DNA from: an uncultured Bacilli bacterium
GTDB taxonomy: Bacteria; Bacillota_I; Bacilli_A; RFN20; CAG-826
Length of the DNA: 64,000 bases
Assembly (NCBI GenBank): GCA_944376605.1
Contig: CALWDE010000002.1
Coordinates: 51,500 to 115,499, forward strand
Reading direction: 5' to 3'
Positions 38,620 through 49,187 of the stretch are shown in pieces. The notes below the pieces were generated by a model, which was given only the letters and a program-made list of their open reading frames with translations, was not told the origin of the DNA and did no database searches. The translations under genes and the position numbers were made by a program. Each line of letters opens with the position of its first letter. The stretch's first letter is position 1.

Positions 38620-39381
38620 TTATTCGTAAACAATTTTGATATCGTTTTGTTCAAAGAAAGAGACGTATTCTTCTTTTGGTTTTTTGTCTGTGATTATGTA
38701 ATCAATCTTTGAAAGGGGGATGGATTTAAAAAGTTTAATGACATCAAACTTGGAATGATCGGCAAGAAGAATGATTTTGGAGGAGTTTTCCGCCATAGCA
38801 ATCTTAACTTCAGATTGATCAATTGTGGTCTCACTTAAACCGAAGTTCACATCGAGTCCGCTGCAGGAAATAATCGAATAATCACAGTGAATTCTCTCTA
38901 ATGTTTTAACAGTTAAATTGCCTAAAATACTATTGGAACGAGAATGAATATAGCCACTAGCTAAGAAAATTTGACAAGAAGTTTGCTCAGAAAGAAGAAG
39001 ACCGATTCGCAAACCGTTTGTCACGATATTAAGATTCTTATAATTTTTGAGGTAGGGAACTAGGTAAGTACAAGTAGAGGAAGAGTCGATAAAAATAGAA
39101 AGGTTGTCTTTTAGTAAACTAGAGGCGAGTTCTGCAATCTTTTTCTTTTCCCGAACATTGCTATTTTCTCGTAAAAGTAAGCTTGTTTCTTCATTAGGAG
39201 ACTCTTGTAAAACTACTCCGCCATAAGTTCTTTTAACGAGTCCTCTTTTTTCCATTTCCGTTAAATCTCGACGGATGGTGCTTTGAGATACGTATAAGAG
39301 CTTGGTTAATTTATCAACGGATATCGATTTCTTTTGTTTTAAGATTTCGTAAATTTCGTTTTGTCTTTCTAAGTCGTACAT
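38620..39381 (-). CDS. DeoR/GlpR-family transcriptional regulator
   Basis: VSQSTIRRDL, RTYGG, FIDSSST, VTNG, LADHSKF motifs. Confidence 0.92.
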   Translation of the reverse strand: MYDLERQNEIYEILKQKKSISVDKLTKLLYVSQSTIRRDLTEMEKRGLVKRTYGGVVLQESPNEETSLLLRENSNVREKKKIAELASSLLKDNLSIFIDSSSTCTYLVPYLKNYKNLNIVTNGLRIGLLLSEQTSCQIFLASGYIHSRSNSILGNLTVKTLERIHCDYSIISCSGLDVNFGLSETTIDQSEVKIAMAENSSKIILLADHSKFDVIKLFKSIPLSKIDYIITDKKPKEEYVSFFEQNDIKIVYE

Positions 39382-39623
39382 GTTTCTTTTATAAAACACA
39401 ACTTTGCTTTTGAAAAGAGATAAAAAATCGAGAAAAAATCACAAATGCTTTACTTTTTTAAAGAAACTTCCAATAAAAGGTCAATTTTCATGACCGAATT
39501 TGCACCTTTCTAATCGACTTGTGCGCAAATTACGATTATTTACCAACTTGCGCTCTATTTTTCTATAGAAAAAAGATTTCTGCATAAAATACTCTTGGTT
39601 ATTACGATTATTGGAGAATTCAT

Positions 39624-40667
39624 ATGAAGAAAACGCTTTCCATGTTGCTGCCAATTTCTCTTCTTGTTTTAGCTTCTTGTTCTGGGGGAAACGTTTCTTC
39701 CTTACCAAGTTCTTCTTCAGAAGAGTCCTCCTCTGTTAGTGAAGATACTTCTTCTTCTACCTCTTCCTCTACCTCTTCCTCTGAGGAAGTGAAAGAAGTA
39801 GAACTTTTTGGAGATCCCGATTTTAAAACTGGTTTTGATTTAAAATCTACTTCCACAAGTGACGCTCATGTTGTAAAGCATTTGGACTATAACGGAGCGG
39901 CAGAAGAATGTGATCCTGCTATTTGGAACATGGCTCAGTGGTGGACTCCATTTGATTTTCAATACGCTCCTTATACATACGAGAATGGTTACCATACTTA
40001 TCAAAATGAATCCCGCACTTTGAAAGTTAACACCGATACTGGTGAGATCGTAATGCAGTTAAATTCTTGGTTAGAGTATCAAGAAAGGTTTGGCGGCTCG
40101 AGAACAGATACCAGTCAAACTTGGTCGCATTTCTTAATTGAACAGACTTTTGAACAAAGCATGACGCTTGCCGAATTAAATTCATTAACGCTCCATTTTG
40201 ATTTCTGCGTGGAAGAGGCAACGTTATTTGATGAAGAACACTACAATCCTGCTTTCCATGCTGCGCAATTTATTATGTATTTCACTATTCGCAATTATGA
40301 TTTTGATAATTTCTTTTGGTTTGGAGTGCCTTTATATGATAACCGTGGGAACGATTCGAATCCCTCTTACAATATTGACCAAGGTTTTGAAGGTGCGACA
40401 AACTCTCTCATCTATAGAATGGGACAAAGAGATTACATTCCTTCTGGTACAAAAATTGGGCAAAAATATACGATTGATATCGATTTAATTCCGTTCTTAC
40501 AGGAAGCGTTAATTACAGGTTCTACTGTAACTTCGAATCCTCCTTTAGCAGGCTGGGATTGGAATAAGTGTTATATCAACTATATGAATGCTGGTTGGGA
40601 GCTTCCTGGTTCCTTTAACATTGTTTCTTCTATGAGCAATTTATCCCTTATTGCGGAGAGAGCCTAA
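39624..40667 (+). CDS. Lipoprotein of unrecognised family (paralogue 1 of 4)
   Basis: Lipobox LVLASC, Ser-rich linker, DPDFKTGF/WSHFLIEQ/FWFGVP/NAGWELPG motifs. Confidence 0.75.
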   Translation: MKKTLSMLLPISLLVLASCSGGNVSSLPSSSSEESSSVSEDTSSSTSSSTSSSEEVKEVELFGDPDFKTGFDLKSTSTSDAHVVKHLDYNGAAEECDPAIWNMAQWWTPFDFQYAPYTYENGYHTYQNESRTLKVNTDTGEIVMQLNSWLEYQERFGGSRTDTSQTWSHFLIEQTFEQSMTLAELNSLTLHFDFCVEEATLFDEEHYNPAFHAAQFIMYFTIRNYDFDNFFWFGVPLYDNRGNDSNPSYNIDQGFEGATNSLIYRMGQRDYIPSGTKIGQKYTIDIDLIPFLQEALITGSTVTSNPPLAGWDWNKCYINYMNAGWELPGSFNIVSSMSNLSLIAERA

Positions 40668-41569
40668 TGTCTTACTTTAAAGATTTACTAAAAGATCCTT
40701 ATTTCAAAACTGGTTTCTTTTTACAGGGTCCAAATCCAGTAAAAGACCAAAGAAAGGTATTTTCTCACCTTGATTATGAAGGGGAAGCAATGAAGGTGAA
40801 TGATGTCCTTTGGATTATGTCTCAGTGGTGGACACCTTATCCTTTTTCTCATCACACTTTCTTAAAAAAAGAAGCAGGGGACTTTGTGTATGAAAATGCA
40901 TCAAGAAAGTGTGAGATTAATACAAATCAGGGGAGTTTCCGTTTCTTTCTTGATTCTTGCAAAGAATATCAAGAACTATACAAAGCGAATCGTTTAGATC
41001 CTCATTTGCCTTGGTCACATTTCCTTTTAGAACAAGATTTTGTGGAAAGTGTGAAGGTAAAAGATTTAGATGCTTTATATGCAAATCTTCACTTCATTAT
41101 TCATTCGGTAGAGAATAAAAATGGTGGTGAGTTTGATGCAGAAAAACATACTGCTCAATTTGTTTGGTATATCACTATTCGTGAAGGAAAAGGAAATAGT
41201 AAAGAGTCTCTTGGCGGGAACTTTATTTGGTTTGGTTTACCAATTTATGATTTCCGTTATCCTTATAATGCAAAACATATCCAATATGATGGGGAATTTG
41301 AAGGTTCTACCAGAACGCTTATTTATAATCTAGATTCTCGGGATTATTTAAAGGATGAGCCTCTAACTTTCGGAAAGGAATACTCCATTTCTATTGATAT
41401 TCTTCCTTATATTCACCGCGCGATTCGTTATGCTTTGAAAGAAAAGATTTTTACAAGCACAAGAAATTTAGTTGTTAATTACATGAACATTGGCTGGGAA
41501 TTACCTGGCGCTTTCACTGTTGATAGTGAAATTTCCCAAATTCAGTTAAAAGGAGTGTTCCATGATTAA
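40667..41569 (+). CDS. Cytoplasmic protein of the same unrecognised family (paralogue 2)
   Basis: No signal peptide; DPYFKTGF/WSHFLLEQ/IWFGLP/NIGWELPG. Confidence 0.75.
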   Translation: MSYFKDLLKDPYFKTGFFLQGPNPVKDQRKVFSHLDYEGEAMKVNDVLWIMSQWWTPYPFSHHTFLKKEAGDFVYENASRKCEINTNQGSFRFFLDSCKEYQELYKANRLDPHLPWSHFLLEQDFVESVKVKDLDALYANLHFIIHSVENKNGGEFDAEKHTAQFVWYITIREGKGNSKESLGGNFIWFGLPIYDFRYPYNAKHIQYDGEFEGSTRTLIYNLDSRDYLKDEPLTFGKEYSISIDILPYIHRAIRYALKEKIFTSTRNLVVNYMNIGWELPGAFTVDSEISQIQLKGVFHD

Positions 41570-42422
41570 TATCATTAAAGATCCATCCTTTTTGCGGGGA
41601 TTTTCTATTTTAAAAAGAAGTTTATTAGAGGATAACGACCACAATTTGCTTTCTCTTCCTTATGGCAATTTAGAGTCACCCTCTTACCGCCTAGCAGAGT
41701 ATTTTACGAATGTTTCTCTTTATGACCATCATGAGGTCATTGTCAAAAACGGAGAATATTGGATTCGAAACGAAAGAAAAGAAATTTATAAAGATAAGCA
41801 AAATCGCCTTACTTTAAGCATTTTTGCAGAAAAAGAATATGAACACGCAAGAAAAGAAGGAGAAGCCTGGCCGCATTTATTGATTGAACAACGTTTTCAA
41901 AAGGAATCAGTTTTCAAAATGCGTCATCTTCTTGTTGACCTTGATACTGATTTTCTTTCTTTAGAATCCTTTATGAACGAAGAAAGAAATGAGCTACATA
42001 CCTTGCAAGTTTCTTTGTATTTTGCAGTTGGAGATGAAAATCCCTCTTCACCTGGCTTTAAGGACTTTTACTGGTTTGGTTTGCCTCTGATTGACGCGCC
42101 AAGATACCCATTCCCAAAAAGCTATTGCTCGAGAGATATAGGGAAAGAAGACGCTACAAGAAAACTTATTTATAGCATTGACCCACATCTATATATGCAA
42201 AAGAGTTTTGGTGTTGGTGATCACCTCTCTTTCACTTATGACTGCGCTTCTTCTATCAAAGAAGGATTTTTCCGCGCGAAAGAGCTCGGTTACTTACCAA
42301 ACTCTAAGTGGGAGGATATGACTTTATTTAGTTTTAATCTTGGTTTTGAAGTAACTGGTACTTTTAATGGCAAAATTCGCATCAACCATTTCAATATTTG
42401 GAAGGAGTCTGAACATGAATAG
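41562..42422 (+). CDS. Cytoplasmic protein of the same unrecognised family (paralogue 3)
   Basis: No signal peptide; DPSFLRGF/WPHLLIEQ/YWFGLP/NLGFEVTG. Confidence 0.75.
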   Translation: MINIIKDPSFLRGFSILKRSLLEDNDHNLLSLPYGNLESPSYRLAEYFTNVSLYDHHEVIVKNGEYWIRNERKEIYKDKQNRLTLSIFAEKEYEHARKEGEAWPHLLIEQRFQKESVFKMRHLLVDLDTDFLSLESFMNEERNELHTLQVSLYFAVGDENPSSPGFKDFYWFGLPLIDAPRYPFPKSYCSRDIGKEDATRKLIYSIDPHLYMQKSFGVGDHLSFTYDCASSIKEGFFRAKELGYLPNSKWEDMTLFSFNLGFEVTGTFNGKIRINHFNIWKESEHE

Positions 42423-43596
42423 TACAAAAAGATTTTTCTTATTGCCTCTTCTTGCCTCTTTAAGTTTATGCGCTTGTAATGGGGAGTCTATTTCTTCGAT
42501 TTCTTCGATATCTTCAAGCACTCAAGAGGAGATTACTTATATGTATGAAGATGAACAAAAGTATCAGAAGTTTTGGGAAGACAAAGTCATTTATAACGAA
42601 ACGGTCTGTCTAGTGGAAGAAGGGGGAGAAATTTTTGGTACCCTTCTTTATGAACCAGTAAAAATTATTTCTGTAAGGGACTACACGACCGAAAAAGAAA
42701 TTGATCCCAGTCAGTACAGGGTAGAAGGGAACAAAATCATCCGCACGGAAGAGTCTACTTTGCCTTATTTTACTGAAGAAAATATGCGGGGAGAAAATCT
42801 TCCAGAAGGGTACGCGATTGACACTTACCAAGGAAAAGAACATCCCATCATGTTCACGGAAGGTTCTGGAATTGTCATGCATCAAATTAACGTGACTTAT
42901 ACTCACGAAGATACTTGGGAAGCTACTAAGCCTGCTTACTTGGGGGACAATTTACCAAATACGATTGAGAAATTAAAAAACAAAGAACACCTTACGATTG
43001 GTTTTTATGGTGACTCTATTATGACAGGATGCAACGCTTCTTCTAAGCTTGTCATTCCTCCTTATCTAGATGACTTTCCTACTGCTACTACCAAAATGCT
43101 AAAGAAAATATACGGATATGAAGATATTGAATTCTTCAATCATTCTAAAGGGGGCACTCTTTCCGACTGGGGTAAGACAAACATTGATGTGAACGTTAAT
43201 GCTTATAATCCTGATTTGGTATTCCTCGGATTTGGAATGAATGATGGAACTTGGCAGATTAAGCCTGAGGATTTTGTCTATAACATCGAGTTTATGATCG
43301 CCAGCATTAAGGCGAGAAACCAAAACGCAGAAGTCATTGTTGTTAGCACGATCTTGGCAAATCCAGATAGCACTCAAGATGCCGGACAAAAAGAATATCT
43401 CGCTCCTTTAAAAGAGATGATTGCGAATTATGAAGGAGTAGCGCTTCTTGATATGACTTCTTACTCGGAATATTTACTGAGTAAAAAGAGAAGTGTCGAT
43501 ATTTTGGCAAATAACATCAACCATCCAAGCGACTTCTTGGTACGCGGTTATACAAGCTGCATTTTAACTGCCTTATGTGAGGACTACACGTTATGA
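42415..43596 (+). CDS. SGNH/GDSL esterase lipoprotein
   Basis: Lipobox LCAC, GDSI, GMND and NHP blocks; start set at 42415 after AAGGAG. Confidence 0.82.
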   Translation: MNSTKRFFLLPLLASLSLCACNGESISSISSISSSTQEEITYMYEDEQKYQKFWEDKVIYNETVCLVEEGGEIFGTLLYEPVKIISVRDYTTEKEIDPSQYRVEGNKIIRTEESTLPYFTEENMRGENLPEGYAIDTYQGKEHPIMFTEGSGIVMHQINVTYTHEDTWEATKPAYLGDNLPNTIEKLKNKEHLTIGFYGDSIMTGCNASSKLVIPPYLDDFPTATTKMLKKIYGYEDIEFFNHSKGGTLSDWGKTNIDVNVNAYNPDLVFLGFGMNDGTWQIKPEDFVYNIEFMIASIKARNQNAEVIVVSTILANPDSTQDAGQKEYLAPLKEMIANYEGVALLDMTSYSEYLLSKKRSVDILANNINHPSDFLVRGYTSCILTALCEDYTL

Positions 43597-45863
43597 TTCG
43601 TTATCTTCAAGACCGCTTTCTCGAAGATGAATACATCATCTCGGATGAAATGAAAAATGCGACTCTTTTTGGTATTGGCAATGGCTATTTTGGCCAAAGA
43701 GGTAGCTTTGAAGAATTTGGAGATGTTTTTATTCAGGGCACTTATGTACGTGGAGTGTTCGACTCTATCGTAGAAATCCCTCGAACGATTTCCGATAACT
43801 CGTACATGAAAAAATACTATTTTGATGAAGAAAAACTCAAAGAATTCGAGAAAGAAGACAGTTGCATTAATATCGGCGACATTTCTTCTATGCGGATTTA
43901 TATCGATTCGGTTCCTTTTCGTTTATGGAATTACAAAATCATTTCTTATGAAAGATATCTTGATTTTTCTAACGGGGGACTTGTTAGAAATGTAGTCACG
44001 GAAGATGAAAAAGGAAATCAGACGATGTTTTCCTTTTATAAAGTTTGCTCTTTTGCTCATGATCATATCTTTCTTCAAACTTTAAAAATAAAGAAATTGA
44101 ACCACAATTTACCTATTTCGTTAAGCAGTGGGATTGATCTGCTATGTAAGACTAACGGACAGCATAAGATTAAAAATGTTTCTTTTTCTTCTCTTAAAAA
44201 TGACGCTTCCATTCATACAATCAAAGCTTCTTATGGCGATAAATATAAAATGAAGGGTTACTACTTCTTTAAAAACGAGACGGAGCACCTGATTCAAGAT
44301 GATAGAGAAGAGTCCACTTTTGGCCTATTTGATACGTATCAACTATTAGAAAAAGAAGGAGAAATACGGAAGATTGTTTCTTTTTATAGCAATATTGATA
44401 AAAGGAATGGAAAAATTCCTTCGCATGTTCATTTAGAAAATACGTATGACTTCTATTGCAAAGAACATTTAAAGAAGTACCAAAAGTGCTTCAAAAAAGT
44501 AGATATTTCCATCAAAGGAAATAAAGAACTTGATACCTTAGTGCGTTATGCAAATTACCAAACTCTTATTGGCTTTAACCGCCATGATGCGTTGCATTCA
44601 TTAAGCGCAAAAAATCTAACCGCAGAAAAATATAACCAGTTTGTGTGGTGGGACTGCGAAATTTATCAAATGCCCTTTTTCCTTCTTACTTTCCCAAAAG
44701 AGAGCAAGAACTTACTTCTTTATCGTTATAACCGCTTGGAAGAGGCAATGAAGAATGCCAAAAAAGATGGTTATCGTGGCGCAAAATTTGCTTTTTGCTC
44801 TAGCGTAAAAGGGGATGAGCAAGTTTGGATTTACGCGAAACATCCTTTCTTACAAATTCACATTAATAGCGATATCGCTTACGCGATTATTCAGTATTAT
44901 ATTCATACTTTAGATAGGGATTTCTTAAAAGAGTATGGACTTGAGATGATGGAACAAATCATTCTTTATTTCTATTCTCGATCAACTTATCAAGACGGAA
45001 AGTATCACTTATGCATGGTGACTGGTACTGATGAACACCATGACTATGTCAATAATGATGCCTATACGAATATCACCTTAAAGTTCGTATTAGATCACTT
45101 CCTTACTTACAAAAAGAAATTTGGTTATCAGTTAAAAGAAATGAAGGAAGAAGAGCTAAACGATTTTGCTTCTAATTTATACCTACCTTCTTTTGAAAAC
45201 GGAATTTTGCCTCAGTTTGATGGCTATTTATCTTTAATGCCAAGTTTACCAGTGGAAGGAAAATCGGACGCGAAAGCATCTTCTTTCCAGATGAAACAAA
45301 GCGGGCTATATCATTTATCACAAATTATTAAGCAGCCTGATGTATTACTTCTTTATTCTTATTTGAATCTTTCTTTTAAAGAGAATTACAAACAAAATTA
45401 TCGTTTCTATCTAGAAAAATGCGAGGCTAGCTCTTCCTTAACTTATGCTGTTCATGCTTTAGCGGCAATCGATAATAACGATGAAAAAACCTTTAAAGAG
45501 AACCTTCTCTCTTCTTTAAAAATTGATATTGATGATATTCAAGGCAACGCCAGTGATGGAGTTCATGCAGGTAGCTTAGCTTCGGGCTTTTATCTTTTTG
45601 TACGGGGAATTTTAGGAATCGCTCCTCAAGAAGATTGCCTTGAGATTTGCCCAAAGAAGATTTCTTTCTTAAAAGAATTCCGGCTTCATTTCACCTATCA
45701 AGATAACGTGATTTATGCCTATTATCGTCCAAATAAGATTTTTCTCTCATCCAAACGTCCTTTTGCTTACCGTTTAAACGGGGGAGAAAAGGAAGAAACG
45801 ACCAAACTTGTTATTCAATATGATTCATTGAATCATTTATATAAAAAGGAGAAAAAAATATGA
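43593..45863 (+). CDS. GH65 alpha-glucoside phosphorylase, possibly glucosyl-L-rhamnose phosphorylase
   Basis: GNGYFGQRG, WDCE, HINSDIAYA, GTDEHH, KQPD and GVHAG motifs; pgmB and rhaBAD context. Confidence 0.87.
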   Translation: MIRYLQDRFLEDEYIISDEMKNATLFGIGNGYFGQRGSFEEFGDVFIQGTYVRGVFDSIVEIPRTISDNSYMKKYYFDEEKLKEFEKEDSCINIGDISSMRIYIDSVPFRLWNYKIISYERYLDFSNGGLVRNVVTEDEKGNQTMFSFYKVCSFAHDHIFLQTLKIKKLNHNLPISLSSGIDLLCKTNGQHKIKNVSFSSLKNDASIHTIKASYGDKYKMKGYYFFKNETEHLIQDDREESTFGLFDTYQLLEKEGEIRKIVSFYSNIDKRNGKIPSHVHLENTYDFYCKEHLKKYQKCFKKVDISIKGNKELDTLVRYANYQTLIGFNRHDALHSLSAKNLTAEKYNQFVWWDCEIYQMPFFLLTFPKESKNLLLYRYNRLEEAMKNAKKDGYRGAKFAFCSSVKGDEQVWIYAKHPFLQIHINSDIAYAIIQYYIHTLDRDFLKEYGLEMMEQIILYFYSRSTYQDGKYHLCMVTGTDEHHDYVNNDAYTNITLKFVLDHFLTYKKKFGYQLKEMKEEELNDFASNLYLPSFENGILPQFDGYLSLMPSLPVEGKSDAKASSFQMKQSGLYHLSQIIKQPDVLLLYSYLNLSFKENYKQNYRFYLEKCEASSSLTYAVHALAAIDNNDEKTFKENLLSSLKIDIDDIQGNASDGVHAGSLASGFYLFVRGILGIAPQEDCLEICPKKISFLKEFRLHFTYQDNVIYAYYRPNKIFLSSKRPFAYRLNGGEKEETTKLVIQYDSLNHLYKKEKKI

Positions 45864-47398
45864 AAAAGAATCCCGTTTTTGCAAGTCTTTTAATGACACT
45901 TGCCTTAACCGCTTGTGGCGGAGGAGGAACTACAAACACCTCAGGAGGAGGCGGTTCTAGTGATGGAGGAGGATACGATGGAGAAAAAATCGTCATCCGT
46001 GTAGATGGTGGAGGGGATGTAGGGAATTTCAACACCACAGCAAGTATGACGGAAAGCCCTCTTAATCCTTATCCTTATAACACGCTAGAAAAATTGATTG
46101 AGGAGTGGGAAGCGGCTCACCCTAAATTTGATGTTCAGTTACTTTCTACCTCTAGTAATGGTGACCGTCAGGTTTTAGTGCCACAGCTAGAAAATAAGAC
46201 TGCTCCGGAGATTACTTATCAAAGTGGAACCGTCATCAATAGTGATTTAGGGAAAAACTACTATGTCAATATGAGCCCATATCTTGAAAAGCCAAACCCT
46301 TATGTGGAAGGCAATACGCGCTGGGCGGACATTTATAACGAAGCAGAACTTGCTACTACAACTGCAAGTGATGGAGATATCTACAGCATTTGCCTCGAAA
46401 GAATCCCTGTTGGGCTTATGGTGAATAAGACTTTACTTGCCAAATATGGAATCACAAGCATGCCTACAACTTATGCGGATTTTGTCGACAATGTTAAGTC
46501 ATTAAATAGTCAATTACCCACAACCCAAGAGGCTTACGCTACTACTTATATGTGGTACTTTATCGCCCTTGAAACAAACATGTTCTCGGATTTACTTGCC
46601 GAAGGCGACGTTTTAAGAGGAAACGGAAAGATTGATACTGAAGAAATCTCGCGCTTATTTGATAAAGGTTTATGGGATCCTACCAAAAATATCAGCGGCG
46701 ATAATCCTTCTTTTGAAGGGAACCGTTATTACGAATACATCAAACTTTGTGCCGATATTGGTGTAGAAAAAGCGCCTCAAAGTTTTGATGCCGTGCAAAA
46801 CTTTATCGGTGGCAATTTAGGTTTCCTGGAAGTTACCGGTTTACAAATTCGGAACATTGTCGCGCAAGACGCCAGAATGCAGTTTGACTGGGAAATCATT
46901 CCATTCCCTGATTTAACAACAGAAACTTATAGTGATATTGGTGCACCTAGTGTACGTGGATCGGCTGGTCTTGCTACATCTTGGTTTGTCACCAATAGTG
47001 CAGTTGCAAAAGGCCAGGAAACAGTTGATGCTTGCGCAGATTTACTCATGTATCTTACCGCTCCAGAGCAAAATAACCGCATGATTGGTGATTTAAAAGG
47101 AGGAATGCCGCTTAATCCAACCGATGATTTTGAACTTGCCGATCACTTAAAACCATTAAATGACATTTACTGGGAAGATATTGCTAAGCTTGAAACGGGA
47201 GAAAGAGTGAACTGGGCTTCCTTCTGCTCGAACGAAGTACTTGGTTACAACTTCAATACGACTTTTATCCGCAACATGGAAGATGTGCAGTGGACTGGTA
47301 AAACACCAGAAACCGCAACAATTACCCTTGCTAACGCCATCAAAAACACCATTAACACTTACATGTATACGGAAGGCTGGGATACCTCGGCGTGGTAA
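45860..47398 (+). CDS. Carbohydrate ABC transporter substrate-binding lipoprotein
   Basis: Lipobox LTAC, Gly-rich linker, directly upstream of two permeases. Confidence 0.85.
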   Translation: MKKNPVFASLLMTLALTACGGGGTTNTSGGGGSSDGGGYDGEKIVIRVDGGGDVGNFNTTASMTESPLNPYPYNTLEKLIEEWEAAHPKFDVQLLSTSSNGDRQVLVPQLENKTAPEITYQSGTVINSDLGKNYYVNMSPYLEKPNPYVEGNTRWADIYNEAELATTTASDGDIYSICLERIPVGLMVNKTLLAKYGITSMPTTYADFVDNVKSLNSQLPTTQEAYATTYMWYFIALETNMFSDLLAEGDVLRGNGKIDTEEISRLFDKGLWDPTKNISGDNPSFEGNRYYEYIKLCADIGVEKAPQSFDAVQNFIGGNLGFLEVTGLQIRNIVAQDARMQFDWEIIPFPDLTTETYSDIGAPSVRGSAGLATSWFVTNSAVAKGQETVDACADLLMYLTAPEQNNRMIGDLKGGMPLNPTDDFELADHLKPLNDIYWEDIAKLETGERVNWASFCSNEVLGYNFNTTFIRNMEDVQWTGKTPETATITLANAIKNTINTYMYTEGWDTSAW

Positions 47399-47401
47399 TT
47401 T

Positions 47402-48331
47402 ATGCGCAAAGATAAGACGGTTGAACAACATATCAAAGCGCGGAGAAGAAAACGTTATAACTACTGGGCTTTCCTTTGGATATTGCCTGTTGTGGTACTT
47501 ATGGCAATCTTCTCCGCCTACCCTCTTATCAATTCCTTCATCTTAGCTTTCACAGATTCAAGTGGTTCTGGATATGGGAATTTTGTAGGGTTTGATAACT
47601 TTATTGAACTTTTTCAAGATGAAGTATTCTGGATTTGTATTAAGAATGTATTGATTTTCACAGTTGTAGGCATGATATGTGGAAACTTCATGACGATTCT
47701 TCTGGCAGAACTTCTCTTCAATGTAAAGTTCAAAAAAACGAGTGCTTTCTTAAGAGTACTCTTCATTCTTCCTGTGCTTGTTCCAAGTGTTGTCGTGCTT
47801 CTAGTTTGGGAAAATATCATTTTCTCTAGTAGTGGACTAGTGAATCAAATGTTCCTTGCTATGGGGAAAGAACCCATTGCTTGGTACTACGAAAACCCCT
47901 ACAACTTCATCGCGATTATCACGACAAATTTCCCCTGGGTTGGCGGAACAAGTTTCTTAATTTATCTTGCTGGTTTACAAAACATTAATAAATCTGTCTT
48001 TGAAGCGGCAAGGCTTGACGGGATTAGCGGATTTCGCCGGGTTGTCAAAATTGACCTTCCTCTCATCAAAGGTCAGCTCAAGTACTTCCTCATTATGGGA
48101 GTGATTGGGGGACTACAAAACTTTGATTTACAGTTAATTATCACGGGAAGCGGCCCTGGGACAAGCAATGGCGTTAATGTTCCAGGCTACTATATTTTCC
48201 AACTTGCTTGGAGTGGTGAGTACGATGTTAGGTACGGCTACGCGAGTGCAATTGGTGTAATCATTTTCTTAATTACCATCGGCTTTTCGATTATGAATTT
48301 CCGTAAGAACAGAAAGGAGGTTATGCAGTGA
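47402..48331 (+). CDS. Carbohydrate ABC transporter permease
   Basis: FVGFDNF and YLAGLQ..EAARLDG EAA loop. Confidence 0.92.
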   Translation: MRKDKTVEQHIKARRRKRYNYWAFLWILPVVVLMAIFSAYPLINSFILAFTDSSGSGYGNFVGFDNFIELFQDEVFWICIKNVLIFTVVGMICGNFMTILLAELLFNVKFKKTSAFLRVLFILPVLVPSVVVLLVWENIIFSSSGLVNQMFLAMGKEPIAWYYENPYNFIAIITTNFPWVGGTSFLIYLAGLQNINKSVFEAARLDGISGFRRVVKIDLPLIKGQLKYFLIMGVIGGLQNFDLQLIITGSGPGTSNGVNVPGYYIFQLAWSGEYDVRYGYASAIGVIIFLITIGFSIMNFRKNRKEVMQ

Positions 48332-49176
48332 AAAGACAAACTCATTTCTTTCAAAGATATTTACCCCAAATTGTCATTATTCTTTGCATCATCATCCTTC
48401 TTGTTATGACTTTATTCCCTTTAGTTCTTCTTGTTTTTAACTCCTTTAAGTTATACACGGATGATCCTTTGCAGTGGCCAAGTGATAGCAATGGCAATAT
48501 GTTCACTACCGAAGGTTATGCTTTAGTGTGGGATTATATTAAAGGAAACTATGTTAACTCATTGGTGATTACTTTTGCGGTCAGTATTGGGACTACTCTA
48601 TTTGGTTCAATGGCGGGATATGCTTTTGCAAAATATGATTTTCCCTTCAAAAACGCTATCTTTATTGCGATTCTCGCATTCATGATGGTACCGGGACTGT
48701 TAACTTTAATTTCTCGTTATTCTCTCATTGTTAACATAGGGCTGAACGACAACATATGGGGGGTTATCTTGCCTCAAATATCTGCTAGCTTGCCCTTTGC
48801 TACATTTTTAACAAGAACTTTCTTTCAAGGTTTACCAAAAGAAATGTTTGAGGCGGCAAGAATGGATGGCATTAGCGAATCAAAGAAGTTTTATTCTTTG
48901 GTTTTACCTCTCTCTAAACCCATCATTATTACTCTTTTAGTGCAAACCTTTGTGAGTCAGTGGAATGACTATTTGTGGAGTCGTCTTGTTTTACAGTCGG
49001 AAGATTTACAAACCTTGCCAGTCGTTTTGGTCAATTTAACCGATACCTTAGGCCCCATCTCTTACTGCATTCCCTTTGCAGGGTATGTGCTAAGTGCAAT
49101 CCCTCTTATCATCATCTTTATCTTTGGCAATAAGAAATTTATCGAAGGTATGACGAGTGGTGCCTTCAAAATGTAG
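48328..49176 (+). CDS. Carbohydrate ABC transporter permease
   Basis: AGYAFAK, EAARMDG, WNDY motifs; GTG start. Confidence 0.92.
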   Translation: MKRQTHFFQRYLPQIVIILCIIILLVMTLFPLVLLVFNSFKLYTDDPLQWPSDSNGNMFTTEGYALVWDYIKGNYVNSLVITFAVSIGTTLFGSMAGYAFAKYDFPFKNAIFIAILAFMMVPGLLTLISRYSLIVNIGLNDNIWGVILPQISASLPFATFLTRTFFQGLPKEMFEAARMDGISESKKFYSLVLPLSKPIIITLLVQTFVSQWNDYLWSRLVLQSEDLQTLPVVLVNLTDTLGPISYCIPFAGYVLSAIPLIIIFIFGNKKFIEGMTSGAFKM

Positions 49177-49187
49177 AAAGGATTCGT

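Noticed and set aside
39700-39785. TCTTCCTCTACC-type repeats (similar at 59130-59190)
   Set aside because: They encode Ser-rich lipoprotein linkers, not a separate repeat element
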